Origin: Verrucomicrobiaceae bacterium
GTDB lineage: Bacteria; Verrucomicrobiota; Verrucomicrobiia; Verrucomicrobiales; Akkermansiaceae
Assembly: GCA_027485615.1 (NCBI GenBank)
Contig: JAIXQS010000128.1
Coordinates: 1,846-65,845, forward strand
Direction of reading: 5' to 3'
Length of the DNA stretch: 64,000 bases
Shown here: piece after piece, positions 33,992-42,689 of the stretch
Layout of the letters: each line of letters begins with the position of its first letter
Position numbering within the stretch: position 1 is the first letter of the stretch
Program-made: the position numbers and the translations under genes
Notes under the pieces: model-generated
What the model was told of the DNA's origin: nothing
Seen by the model: only the letters and a program-made list of their open reading frames with translations
Databases searched by the model: none

Positions 33992-35261
33992 TCAATCGCC
34001 CGCGCAGTTTCCCGACGGCGAAATCGATTTCGTCACGGGAAACACAGAACGGCGGAGTGAAAGCCACCACGTCACCCACCGGGCCGTCGGGAAGGGCGAG
34101 GATGCCGTCCTGGAGTAGGCCTTTCACGGCATCAAGTGCGCGGACGGGGCTGTCTGTTTCCACGCCCATCATCAAGCCTTCGCCGCGTATGTTTTTCACG
34201 GCGGGGAGATCGGCGAGAGAATGCAGGGCGGCGGCGAGGTGTCCGGATGCGGCGGCGACCATGGCTTGCGTTTCCGGCTCGCGGTAACGGCGTATCGCCT
34301 CGATGGCCATCGCGCAGCCCATCGGGTTTCCCAGGAAAGTGCTGGTGTGCAGCGCCTCGCCGTGGCTCGCGGGCCACGCGTCCATGGCCTCCGCCTTGCC
34401 GACGCAGACGGAGATGGGAAAGCCGCCGGCCAGCGCCTTGCCGAGGCAGATCAGATCCGGGACAACGCCCTCCCGCTCGCAGGCGAACATTTTCCCCGTC
34501 CGCAGGAAGCCGGTGTAGATCTCGTCGAAAATCAGCAACGCCCCGTTCGCATCGCACCATTTCCGCAGCTCTGTTAGAAAGCCGATCGGCGGCACGACGA
34601 TTCCGCCCCGGCCCTGGATCGGCTCCACCAGCACCGCGCCGATTTCCACGCCGTCGGTTTTCCAAAGCTCCTCCCTGAAAATTTCCAGCTCCTCCTCCGT
34701 CCGGGGGAAGCGCAGCCGCCGGGTCACCTTCGCGAGCTGGCCTTCGAAAGGTTCGCGAAACCAGTTTATGCCTTGCCCGAGCAGCGCCCCGTATCCGAGG
34801 CCATGGTATCCACCCTCGAAGGAAAGGATGCCGCCGCGCCCGGTCGCCAACACGGCGGTTTTCATCGCCGCCTCCACCGCCTCGAAGCCGCTGTTGCCGA
34901 ACAGGCACTTGCCCTTGCCCGCGCCCCAGCTTTCGAAGGTGATTTCCGAAAGCGCCTCGCAAAGCTCCACCTTCACCCGCGCCGGATGGACATCGCCCAT
35001 CGCGTGCATCAGGGAAACGCTCTGTTTCCGCAACGCCTCGCCGGTGAAGCCATAGCCGATCCCCGCCACCCCGAATCCGCTGGTCATGTCGAGGAAGCGG
35101 TTGCCATCCGCGTCCCACACGTTCGCGCCCTCCGCCCGCTCCCAGAAGATTGGCCAGTCATCTACCAGGAACGTGGTATTCCGGCATTCGGCCTCCGCCA
35201 AACGCTTCGCTAGCCCTATGGATATTGGCCCGGGGATGTTCGTAAGGATTTCAGGAAGCAC
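33933..35261 (-). CDS. Class-III pyridoxal-phosphate aminotransferase (acetylornithine/GABA aminotransferase family)
   Basis: LIFDEIYTGFLRTGKMFACE, CLGKALAGGFPIS (PLP lysine) and HTSTFLGNP. The last ~19 codons (RGAHAPSRVVSGAPAGNLA) are encoded by the palindromic element. Confidence 0.9.
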   Translation of the reverse strand: MLPEILTNIPGPISIGLAKRLAEAECRNTTFLVDDWPIFWERAEGANVWDADGNRFLDMTSGFGVAGIGYGFTGEALRKQSVSLMHAMGDVHPARVKVELCEALSEITFESWGAGKGKCLFGNSGFEAVEAAMKTAVLATGRGGILSFEGGYHGLGYGALLGQGINWFREPFEGQLAKVTRRLRFPRTEEELEIFREELWKTDGVEIGAVLVEPIQGRGGIVVPPIGFLTELRKWCDANGALLIFDEIYTGFLRTGKMFACEREGVVPDLICLGKALAGGFPISVCVGKAEAMDAWPASHGEALHTSTFLGNPMGCAMAIEAIRRYREPETQAMVAAASGHLAAALHSLADLPAVKNIRGEGLMMGVETDSPVRALDAVKGLLQDGILALPDGPVGDVVAFTPPFCVSRDEIDFAVGKLRGRLRGAHAPSRVVSGAPAGNLA

Positions 35262-35291
35262 GTGGTAAGTTTGTCACAGGAGGCTATTCCT

Positions 35292-35333
35292 TGAAGTTTG
35301 AAGTTTAAAGTTTAGAGTTTGAGATTTCTGATT
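35292..35333. repeat. Degenerate heptamer tandem repeat (TGAAGTT TGAAGTT TAAAGTT TAGAGTT TGAGATT TCTGATT)
   Basis: Read directly in the divergent aminotransferase/priA intergenic region. Confidence 0.6.
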
Positions 35334-35346
35334 CTAGACTCCCCCT

Positions 35347-37569
35347 GTGATCGCCCGCGTTCTCATCGACGGCCCTTCGGAGCTTGTTTTCGACTATGCC
35401 ATCCCCGAGGGGCTGGCTGTCGTGGCTGGCTGCCGGGTGCGCGTGCCGATCCGGCAGAAGACAACCTCCGGCACGGTGCTTTCCGTGACGCCGCCGCCGG
35501 AGCAGAGCGAATTCGCCATGCGCGAGGTGAAATCGCTGATCGATCCCGAGCCGCTGATCACGCCCGTGCTGCTCAAGACCGCGCGCTGGATCGCGGACTA
35601 CTATGGATCCAGTATCGAGGGGGTGATCCGCTCCATCCTGCCGGAGGCGGTGCGCACGGAGGACAACTCAGCGAAGACCCGCCGCATCGCCACCGCCGTG
35701 GCGGATCCCGATCCTGAGGCGGTCGCAAAACTGGAGAAACGCGCGGCCAAACAACACGCCATCCTCACCATTTTGCTCCACGCACCGGAGCGGACGATGG
35801 CCGTGGCCGATCTCGGGGAAAGCACCGCCCCTTCCCTGAAAAGCCTCGCGGAGAAGGGTTTCATCACCATTTCCACCGAGGAAGTCCGCCGCGATCCCGA
35901 GGCGGACGAAACCATCGTCCCCTCCGGGCCGCTCGCCCTCAACGACCAGCAGCAGGAAGCCTTCGAAGCCATCAAATCTTCCCTCTCTCCCACTCCCCCC
36001 ATCCCTCCCTCTCCCTATCTTCTTCTCGGCGTCACCGGCTCCGGCAAAACCGAGGTCTATCTCCAGGCCGCGCAATCCGCCCTCGATCTCGGCAAAACCG
36101 TCCTCGTCCTCGTTCCGGAAATCGCCCTTACGCCGCAGACCGTGCGGCGCTTCAAGGCGCGTTTTTCGCAGCTCAACGACCAGGTCGCCGTCCTCCACTC
36201 GCACCTCTCGCAGGGCGAGCGATTCGACGAGTGGCACCGCATCCGCAAAGGTACGGCACGCATCGTAATTGGCGCGCGCTCCGCCGTGTTCGCGCCGCTG
36301 CCCAATCTTGGCCTGATCATCGTCGATGAGGAGCACGAGTCCTCCTACAAGCAGGAGAGCCCGCCGCGCTACCACGCCCGCGATGTCGCCGTGCTCCGGG
36401 CCGCTTTTGAACCATGCGTCATCGTCCTAGGCTCCGCTACCCCGTCACTGGAGAGCTGGCAGAACTGCCTTTCGGGGAAATACCATCTCCTCCGCCTGGA
36501 CAAGCGCGCCGACGCCCACTCCATGCCGCTCGTTCGCGTGATCGACATGCGTTTGGAAAAGCAAAAGCAGAAAGGCCAGGTCGCGATCCTCTCCGACCGC
36601 CTCCGTACCGCCCTCGAGCAGCGCCTCGCGAAGGGCGAACAATCCATCCTTTTCCTCAATCGCCGCGGCTTCGCCCGCTCGCTGCAATGCCACTCCTGCG
36701 GCCATGCCTGCACCTGCCCGCACTGCGCCGTCGCACTCACCTACCACCGCACCGATGAGCGCCTCGTCTGCCATGTCTGTGGCCACCAGTCCATCGTTCC
36801 GAAAAAATGCCCGGAGTGCAAAGATCCCGGCATCGCGCTCCAGGGTTACGGCACCCAGAAGGTCGAGGAGGTGTTGCAAAAGGTGCTGCCGGAAGCCCGC
36901 TTCGCCCGCATCGATGCCGATGCCATGCGCCGCAAGAACGCCCTGCGCGACATCCTGCGGAAATTCAAATCGAACAAGATCGACGTCCTCATCGGCACCC
37001 AGATGATCGCCAAGGGCTTGCATTTCCCCAACGTCACCTTGGTGGGAATCCTCAACGCCGACCTCGGCCTGCATGTCCCGGATTTCCGGGCAGGGGAAAG
37101 GACGTTCCAGCTCATCACCCAGGTCGCCGGCCGCGCCGGCCGCGGGGAACTTGAGGGTGAGGTCATCGTCCAAACCTTCACCCCGCACTCGCCGAGCATC
37201 CAGTTCGCGCGGAAGCATGATTTCGACGGCTACGCCGAGCAGGAGATGGAAATGCGCCGCCAGTTCCGTTTCCCTCCGTTCGCCCACTGCGCCGTCCTGA
37301 CCGCAAGATCCACCCACGAGCGCCGCGCCGAGTTCACCCTCCAGACCCTGCACCTCCGCCTCAAGGAAGACCTGCCGGACGGAATCACACTGGGCGAAGT
37401 CCTCCCCAGCCCCCTCATCCGCTCCCACGACCAGTTCCGGTTCCAGATCACCCTCCGCTCTAACAAAGCCCGCCCTCTCACCAACCACGTGCAGTCCGTG
37501 CTCCGTAGAACCACCCTGCCGGAGGACGTGACCGTGGTTTTCGATATGGATGCGTATAATTTTTCGTAG
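35347..37569 (+). CDS. priA: Primosomal protein N' (replication restart helicase PriA)
   Basis: GVTGSGKTEVYLQ (Walker A), IVDEEHESSYKQ (DEEH) and Zn-binding CHSCGHACTCPHC...CHVCGH...CPEC. GTG start. Confidence 0.95.
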   Translation: MIARVLIDGPSELVFDYAIPEGLAVVAGCRVRVPIRQKTTSGTVLSVTPPPEQSEFAMREVKSLIDPEPLITPVLLKTARWIADYYGSSIEGVIRSILPEAVRTEDNSAKTRRIATAVADPDPEAVAKLEKRAAKQHAILTILLHAPERTMAVADLGESTAPSLKSLAEKGFITISTEEVRRDPEADETIVPSGPLALNDQQQEAFEAIKSSLSPTPPIPPSPYLLLGVTGSGKTEVYLQAAQSALDLGKTVLVLVPEIALTPQTVRRFKARFSQLNDQVAVLHSHLSQGERFDEWHRIRKGTARIVIGARSAVFAPLPNLGLIIVDEEHESSYKQESPPRYHARDVAVLRAAFEPCVIVLGSATPSLESWQNCLSGKYHLLRLDKRADAHSMPLVRVIDMRLEKQKQKGQVAILSDRLRTALEQRLAKGEQSILFLNRRGFARSLQCHSCGHACTCPHCAVALTYHRTDERLVCHVCGHQSIVPKKCPECKDPGIALQGYGTQKVEEVLQKVLPEARFARIDADAMRRKNALRDILRKFKSNKIDVLIGTQMIAKGLHFPNVTLVGILNADLGLHVPDFRAGERTFQLITQVAGRAGRGELEGEVIVQTFTPHSPSIQFARKHDFDGYAEQEMEMRRQFRFPPFAHCAVLTARSTHERRAEFTLQTLHLRLKEDLPDGITLGEVLPSPLIRSHDQFRFQITLRSNKARPLTNHVQSVLRRTTLPEDVTVVFDMDAYNFS

Positions 37570-37618
37570 TGGCGATCTTCGGTAGCCGGCGAATTTGAAA
37601 ACTATCCATCTATCATTC

Positions 37619-39322
37619 TCAATCGTTCCTTATTCTTCGGCGTCCAAGTACCAGCGCTGCCATGGCAAGAAGTATGGCAGCCGACGGCTCCGGAACCGCA
37701 ACCGCACGCCACGCGATGCCAAAATTTTCGCTATTCACGACACCACTGGTGTCATAGACATTACTGTGATATAACACCCGCAGTCCGTAACGCCCGGGAT
37801 CAAGGGCGTCGATTCGCAGGAACTCGGAATTATTATAGGTCGTCATCGACTCACCCACTTTAGCGAGGAATTGTCCGCTGCCATCAATCGACCAGACCTG
37901 TAGATCCAGATTGGCGAATGCGATATCGCTTCCGTTTCCTGTCAGGTCGTCGAAATCCCGCACGGAAAACCAATTTAGCGCTGCGGTTAGGGCCATGGAT
38001 TGGGTGAATGTGGCGGTGAATTCATACTCGAAGATATCACCCAGATCGATCGTGGCGGAGTCCCATCCGGTATTGGCAATGGTTTCTCCTGCGGTCGCGA
38101 CATCGGTGGTTCCAAAGTAGTAAACATCGGCAGCGGCAACCAAATCAAGTGTGCCGGCACCCGTGACGGCATCGAGACCTTGTGTCGTTACATTCATGGC
38201 GTTCTGGCCGTTGTTCCAACCGGTGGTTTCACGCGCAGCGGCCATGATCACCGACTTGATGACCCGCGTATCCATCGCATTGGCCTCGCCGGCCAGAATC
38301 GTGTTGGCGGCATCCTTGAGAAGCGCGATGCCACCGGCGACCATCGGTGATGAGAAACTGGTTCCGTCCTGTTCCAGAAAGTACAGATTCGTGGGTGATG
38401 GTTCTTGGACGAGATTCGGGATGCCAGCGCCTATCGAGCCGCTGTCGCCGAGATAGGCGGCTAGGAACATCCGCTCGCCCGGGGCGGCAATATCCACCGC
38501 AGAACGCACACCCGTCAGGGTCACGCCGGTTTGGGGATTGTAGAAATCCGATGCGCCGCGGGAGGAAAACGAGGATGGCACCAGGAAGGTTGAGCCTCCG
38601 ACGGATCCGACCGAGATGTTATTGAAGCCGGAGGCAGGGGCGACCACTGCAGCGCTGCCACCATTCCCGGCAGAGACCACCAGGGCGACGGTGGAATTTT
38701 CCCTAGCGAGCCCATCGAGAGCCACCGTGAGGGTTCCCGCACCAGCCGGATCCCCTCCACCCCAACTGCTGTTGATGACGTCGGCTTGCGCCGCCCCGCT
38801 CCCCTGAAAGAATGCCCTGTAAACATTCACCGCCGATTCCTGGCTTATCGAAAACGATCCAAAATCTGTTGAAGAGAAGCCCGTGGCGATCGCTCCGGAA
38901 ACAACCGTCGCCTCGGGTGCCATACCCACACCTACCAACGAATAGTCCTCTCCGTTCAGCGTGGGAAGATGACCGCTGCCGGCAAGGACATGGCCCACCG
39001 CAGTGGCATGGTAGTCGATCTCATTGATGGCTCCCACCGCGGTATTGCTGAAGTTGCTTACGGAATTGGTGACACCTGTAAGGCGATCAAATGCCTCATG
39101 CCCCGTCCAGATATGGCCCGCCTCGACATTGCCAATCACCGTGCTGGCCCCAAGAAATCCCGAATTGAAGAACAGATCCCACCCGACCACCGAGTTCACA
39201 AACGTGCGGTCATTTGGATTCTGGATATCCCCGGAAAAAACCAGGCTGCGTGGCGAATCGCCGGCGCAAGTTGCGGGGATGCTCACACCTAGCGCAGCCA
39301 AGATGAGGGTTTTGGTTTTCAT
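37619..39322 (-). CDS. Subtilase (S8) family serine peptidase with a PEP-CTERM sorting signal
   Basis: Signal peptide, YHATAVGHVLAG (His block), VINSSWGG, DGTSFSSPMVAGGIALL (Ser block), C-terminal VPEPSAAILLAMAALVLGRRRIRND. Confidence 0.85.
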   Translation of the reverse strand: MKTKTLILAALGVSIPATCAGDSPRSLVFSGDIQNPNDRTFVNSVVGWDLFFNSGFLGASTVIGNVEAGHIWTGHEAFDRLTGVTNSVSNFSNTAVGAINEIDYHATAVGHVLAGSGHLPTLNGEDYSLVGVGMAPEATVVSGAIATGFSSTDFGSFSISQESAVNVYRAFFQGSGAAQADVINSSWGGGDPAGAGTLTVALDGLARENSTVALVVSAGNGGSAAVVAPASGFNNISVGSVGGSTFLVPSSFSSRGASDFYNPQTGVTLTGVRSAVDIAAPGERMFLAAYLGDSGSIGAGIPNLVQEPSPTNLYFLEQDGTSFSSPMVAGGIALLKDAANTILAGEANAMDTRVIKSVIMAAARETTGWNNGQNAMNVTTQGLDAVTGAGTLDLVAAADVYYFGTTDVATAGETIANTGWDSATIDLGDIFEYEFTATFTQSMALTAALNWFSVRDFDDLTGNGSDIAFANLDLQVWSIDGSGQFLAKVGESMTTYNNSEFLRIDALDPGRYGLRVLYHSNVYDTSGVVNSENFGIAWRAVAVPEPSAAILLAMAALVLGRRRIRND

Positions 39323-39364
39323 CTGGGCAACTCCTAATCACGTGCAGGGAACTTTTCAACCACC

Positions 39365-39722
39365 ATGGAGACTCCCCTGAAAAACGGGTTGCTTGCGGCG
39401 GCGAGCAAAAGCGGGCAGTGAGGCACCAAGGCCGGAAGCTCAAGGATGCGGTCGCCGATCTCCTCAAGCGCGGGTTGAAGGCCGGAGACAACATGCCCGA
39501 ACTCGATACGCGACAGGACTTCCTCCCTTCGGTTCCTTCCAACGCACCTGAGATGAGTCCTGAGCGAGTGCGTCAAATCCTTGAGGAGACCGCATGAGCT
39601 ACCTTCTCCATGTGAAGGCTCTGCTCGCCACTTTGGTATCACTTGCCGATTTGGAAGCTTTGAGCCGCCGGTTTCCCAAAACCTCATGGGACCCATGTCA
39701 CAGGTTGCGCGCCTTGATGTGA
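39365..39722 (+). pseudogene. Decayed VapB/VapC-like toxin-antitoxin remnant
   Basis: METPLKNGLLAAASKSGQ* is followed out of frame by ...GRKLKDAVADLLKRGLKAG...SPERVRQILEETA*. An ATGA overlap at 39594 leads into a 42-codon ORF MSYLLHVKALLATL..., a PIN-toxin-like N-terminus with His where the catalytic Asp is expected. Confidence 0.35.
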
Positions 39723-39776
39723 TGAGTATCATCTCGCGGGCGGAGCGGAAGAAACCTCGCCCTCAATTTTCCTACG

Positions 39777-40979
39777 ATGATCGGTCTCGCTCTCAAAATG
39801 CTTTTCGGTGACACGGCCAAATACCTGATGTTGGTGGCGGGGCTGTTTTTCGCGACCTTTCTCATCGTCCAGCAGGCTTCGGTCTTCTGCGGCCTGATGC
39901 GCTGGACGACGGCCACGCTGAAAAATGTCGCCGCGCCGATCTACGTCGTCGAAGAACGCGTGGTGCAGGTCAACGAAACAAACCCGATGCGCGATACCGA
40001 TGTCGCCCGCGTTCGTTCCGTATCCGCCGTGCGTTGGGCGATGCCGCTTTATTCGGGCATCCAGAGGGTTCGCCTGGAGGATGGCAGCTTTAAGACCGTG
40101 CAGCTCCTTGGCATTGATGCGGCCTCGCTCGCCGGCGGGCCCGGGCGGTTGATCGAGGGGAATCTGGAAGACCTCCGGCTTCCCAACACCGTGGTCATCG
40201 ACGAGCTCGCCACCGTGCGTCTTTCCGACAATCCCGGAGATCCGACGAAAAAAATCAGGATCGGGGACCATTTCGAGATCAACGACGTCGAGGCGCGTGT
40301 CGTTGGGATCTGCGAAGCGATGCAATCGTTCACCGGAGGCCCATACATCTGGACCACGTATGAGCGCGCTTTGCAATACACGCCCCAGTCCCGGAAAATG
40401 CTCTCCGCTGTGATCGCCGCGCCTATCGAAGGGATGAGCAGCGAAGAGGCCGCCGCCGAGATCGAAAGGACGACCGGTTTGCGCGCTTACGCAAATCGTG
40501 ACTTCGGCAGCAACCCGCGGGACACCGTCACCGAAAAAGGCAAGAAATATGGGGACTTCAACACCTCCACCGTCTGGTGGTATGTGAAAAACACCGGCAT
40601 TCCCGTTTCCTTCGGCACCACGGTGGTGATCGGCTTTATCGTCGGTGTGGCGATCGCCTGCCAAACGTTTTACGGGTTCGTGTTGGATAACCTCAAACAC
40701 CTCGGCGCGCTCAAAGCGATGGGCATGTCGAATTTCCGCCTGAGCATCATGCTCATCGTGCAGGCGATGACAGTCGGCATGATCGGCTTCGGGCTTGGCT
40801 TGTTGGCGACGTCCGGTTTCGCCCTCAGTGCCATCGAAAACGGCCAGCCTCCGTTTTACATGCCGTGGCAGATTCCCGTTGTCGCCTTCGTGGCCGTGCA
40901 AATCATTTGCATGCTCGCCGCGCTGATGGGAATCATCCGCCTGAGTCTCTACGAACCCGCAATGGTATTCCGTGCCTGA
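39777..40979 (+). CDS. ABC exporter permease, FtsX-like (DevC/MacB type)
   Basis: N-terminal TM AKYLMLVAGLFFATFLIVQQASVF, a large periplasmic loop and a C-terminal 3-TM FtsX-like bundle. Followed by an ATPase (8-nt overlap). Confidence 0.9.
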   Translation: MIGLALKMLFGDTAKYLMLVAGLFFATFLIVQQASVFCGLMRWTTATLKNVAAPIYVVEERVVQVNETNPMRDTDVARVRSVSAVRWAMPLYSGIQRVRLEDGSFKTVQLLGIDAASLAGGPGRLIEGNLEDLRLPNTVVIDELATVRLSDNPGDPTKKIRIGDHFEINDVEARVVGICEAMQSFTGGPYIWTTYERALQYTPQSRKMLSAVIAAPIEGMSSEEAAAEIERTTGLRAYANRDFGSNPRDTVTEKGKKYGDFNTSTVWWYVKNTGIPVSFGTTVVIGFIVGVAIACQTFYGFVLDNLKHLGALKAMGMSNFRLSIMLIVQAMTVGMIGFGLGLLATSGFALSAIENGQPPFYMPWQIPVVAFVAVQIICMLAALMGIIRLSLYEPAMVFRA

Positions 40980-41724
40980 TTCCCCCACATCTCATCAACT
41001 GGTCGTCGATGTCCGCGCCGTCGAAAAAAGTTTCGGCGATGGAGCGAACCGCATCCACGTGCTCAAGCATGTCGATCTGCAGGCCAAGACCGGTGAGATC
41101 ATGATGTTGGTCGGGCCGTCCGGTTGCGGGAAAACGACGCTGCTCAGCGCCATCGCGGGCACCATGCGCGTGGAGAGCGGCAGTGTCCGGGTGTTCGGAA
41201 ATGAGCTGGAGAACATGTCAGGCGGCGCGCTCACCCGTTTCCGCGCGAAGAACATCGGCTTTATCTTCCAGCAGTTCAATCTCATCCCCACCCTTACCAT
41301 TGCGGAAAATGTGAGCGTCCCTTTGCTCATCCAAGGGCTTTCCAGCGGCAAGGCACTGAAACGCTCGCGCGAAATCCTGGAGAAAGTCGGCTTGGGCACC
41401 CGCTGGAAAGATCGCCCCAACAAGCTCTCCGGCGGCCAGCAGCAACGTGTCGCCATCGCCCGCGCCCTCGTCCATGAGCCGCCGCTTGTCATTTGCGATG
41501 AACCCACCGCCGCGCTCGATGCGCAGAACGGTGAGATCGTCATGGATCTTTTCCGCGAAGTCGCCCGGGCTTCGGATCGCGCGGTCATCATCGTCACCCA
41601 TGACAACCGGATTTTTTCCTACGCCGACCGCATCGCCCGCATGGACGATGGCGAGATCGTCGAGGTCAAGGATCAGCAACATCAAACCGCCCATTTCGAA
41701 CACGAACACGCCATCGAATCATGA
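40972..41724 (+). CDS. ABC transporter ATP-binding protein (DevA/MacB-NBD type)
   Basis: GPSGCGKTTLL (Walker A), LSGGQQQRVAIARAL (signature), LVICDEPTAALD (Walker B). GTG start. Confidence 0.9.
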   Translation: MPDSPTSHQLVVDVRAVEKSFGDGANRIHVLKHVDLQAKTGEIMMLVGPSGCGKTTLLSAIAGTMRVESGSVRVFGNELENMSGGALTRFRAKNIGFIFQQFNLIPTLTIAENVSVPLLIQGLSSGKALKRSREILEKVGLGTRWKDRPNKLSGGQQQRVAIARALVHEPPLVICDEPTAALDAQNGEIVMDLFREVARASDRAVIIVTHDNRIFSYADRIARMDDGEIVEVKDQQHQTAHFEHEHAIES

Positions 41725-42689
41725 ACCTATTCTCGAAACTCATCCGCTTCGGATCGATCGCTGCCGCCTGTTTGGGTGTCTTCATGATCGTCAATGTCTC
41801 CCGCACCCAGGCCGAGCGCCAGATGCCGCCTGCCGGTGACCCGCCCGTTCCGCCGCCGCACAAGCCGTTTCCCGAAGCCGTCGCTGCCACGGGGATTCTT
41901 GAAGCGCTGAGCGAAAACGTGGCCATCGGCGTGCCTCTGCCGGGTCTCGTCACGGAGGTCATGGTGAAGGTCAACGATCGCGTCGAGAAAGACCAGCCGA
42001 TGATGAAATTGGACGACCGGGATCTCCTCGCCGAGCAACTCTCGAACAAAGCCCAACAGGAAATCTCACGCGCCCAGATCGCCGTGAGCGAAGCGCAGCT
42101 TGCCAAGCTTGAGTCCCAGCTCAAGCGCCTGAGTGCCGTCACCGACACCCGTGCCGTCAGCCAGGATGAGTTGGAAAACCGCAGGCAGGACGTCGCCGTT
42201 TCCCAAGCGCAGCTCGCCGCCGCCAAGGCACAGCTTGCCGCTTCGGAAACCGCAATGGCGCGCATCGATCTGCTCATCGAGCGGCTCACCATCCGCGCAC
42301 CCCGCGAAGGCACGATCATCCAGGTCAACGTCCGCGCCGGAGAATACGCCGCCACCGCACCAAAAAGCCCGGCCATCATTTTAGGAGATACCGACAAGCT
42401 GCAAGTCCGTGCCGACATCGATGAACAGAACGCCACCCGCATCCGCGCAGGACAGGCGGCGTTCGGTTACCTCAAGGGCGATCCCACCATCACCTTCCCG
42501 CTCGAATTCATCCGCATCGAGCCCTATGTGATCCCGAAAGTTTCCCTCACCGGCTCCAGCACCGAGCGAGTGGACACCCGCGTGCTGCAAATCATCTACT
42601 CGCTGGATCGACCGAAAAATCCACCGCTCTACGTTGGCCAGCAGGTCGATGTGTTTATCGAAGCCCCCGATCTCCACAAAAAGCAATGA
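41721..42689 (+). CDS. HlyD-family periplasmic adaptor (membrane fusion protein)
   Basis: N-terminal TM, coiled-coil AQIAVSEAQLAKLESQLKRL...AQLAAAKAQLAASETAMARIDL, beta-barrel C-terminal part. ATGA overlaps on both sides. Confidence 0.9.
   Translation: MNLFSKLIRFGSIAAACLGVFMIVNVSRTQAERQMPPAGDPPVPPPHKPFPEAVAATGILEALSENVAIGVPLPGLVTEVMVKVNDRVEKDQPMMKLDDRDLLAEQLSNKAQQEISRAQIAVSEAQLAKLESQLKRLSAVTDTRAVSQDELENRRQDVAVSQAQLAAAKAQLAASETAMARIDLLIERLTIRAPREGTIIQVNVRAGEYAATAPKSPAIILGDTDKLQVRADIDEQNATRIRAGQAAFGYLKGDPTITFPLEFIRIEPYVIPKVSLTGSSTERVDTRVLQIIYSLDRPKNPPLYVGQQVDVFIEAPDLHKKQ

Noticed and set aside
36445-37488. 347-aa minus ORF antisense to priA; similar cases are 39729-40988 (antisense to the ABC permease) and 30210-31202 (antisense to pepC)
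   Set aside because: The opposite strands carry Walker, DEEH, FtsX or C1B motifs. The antisense translations are compositionally biased.
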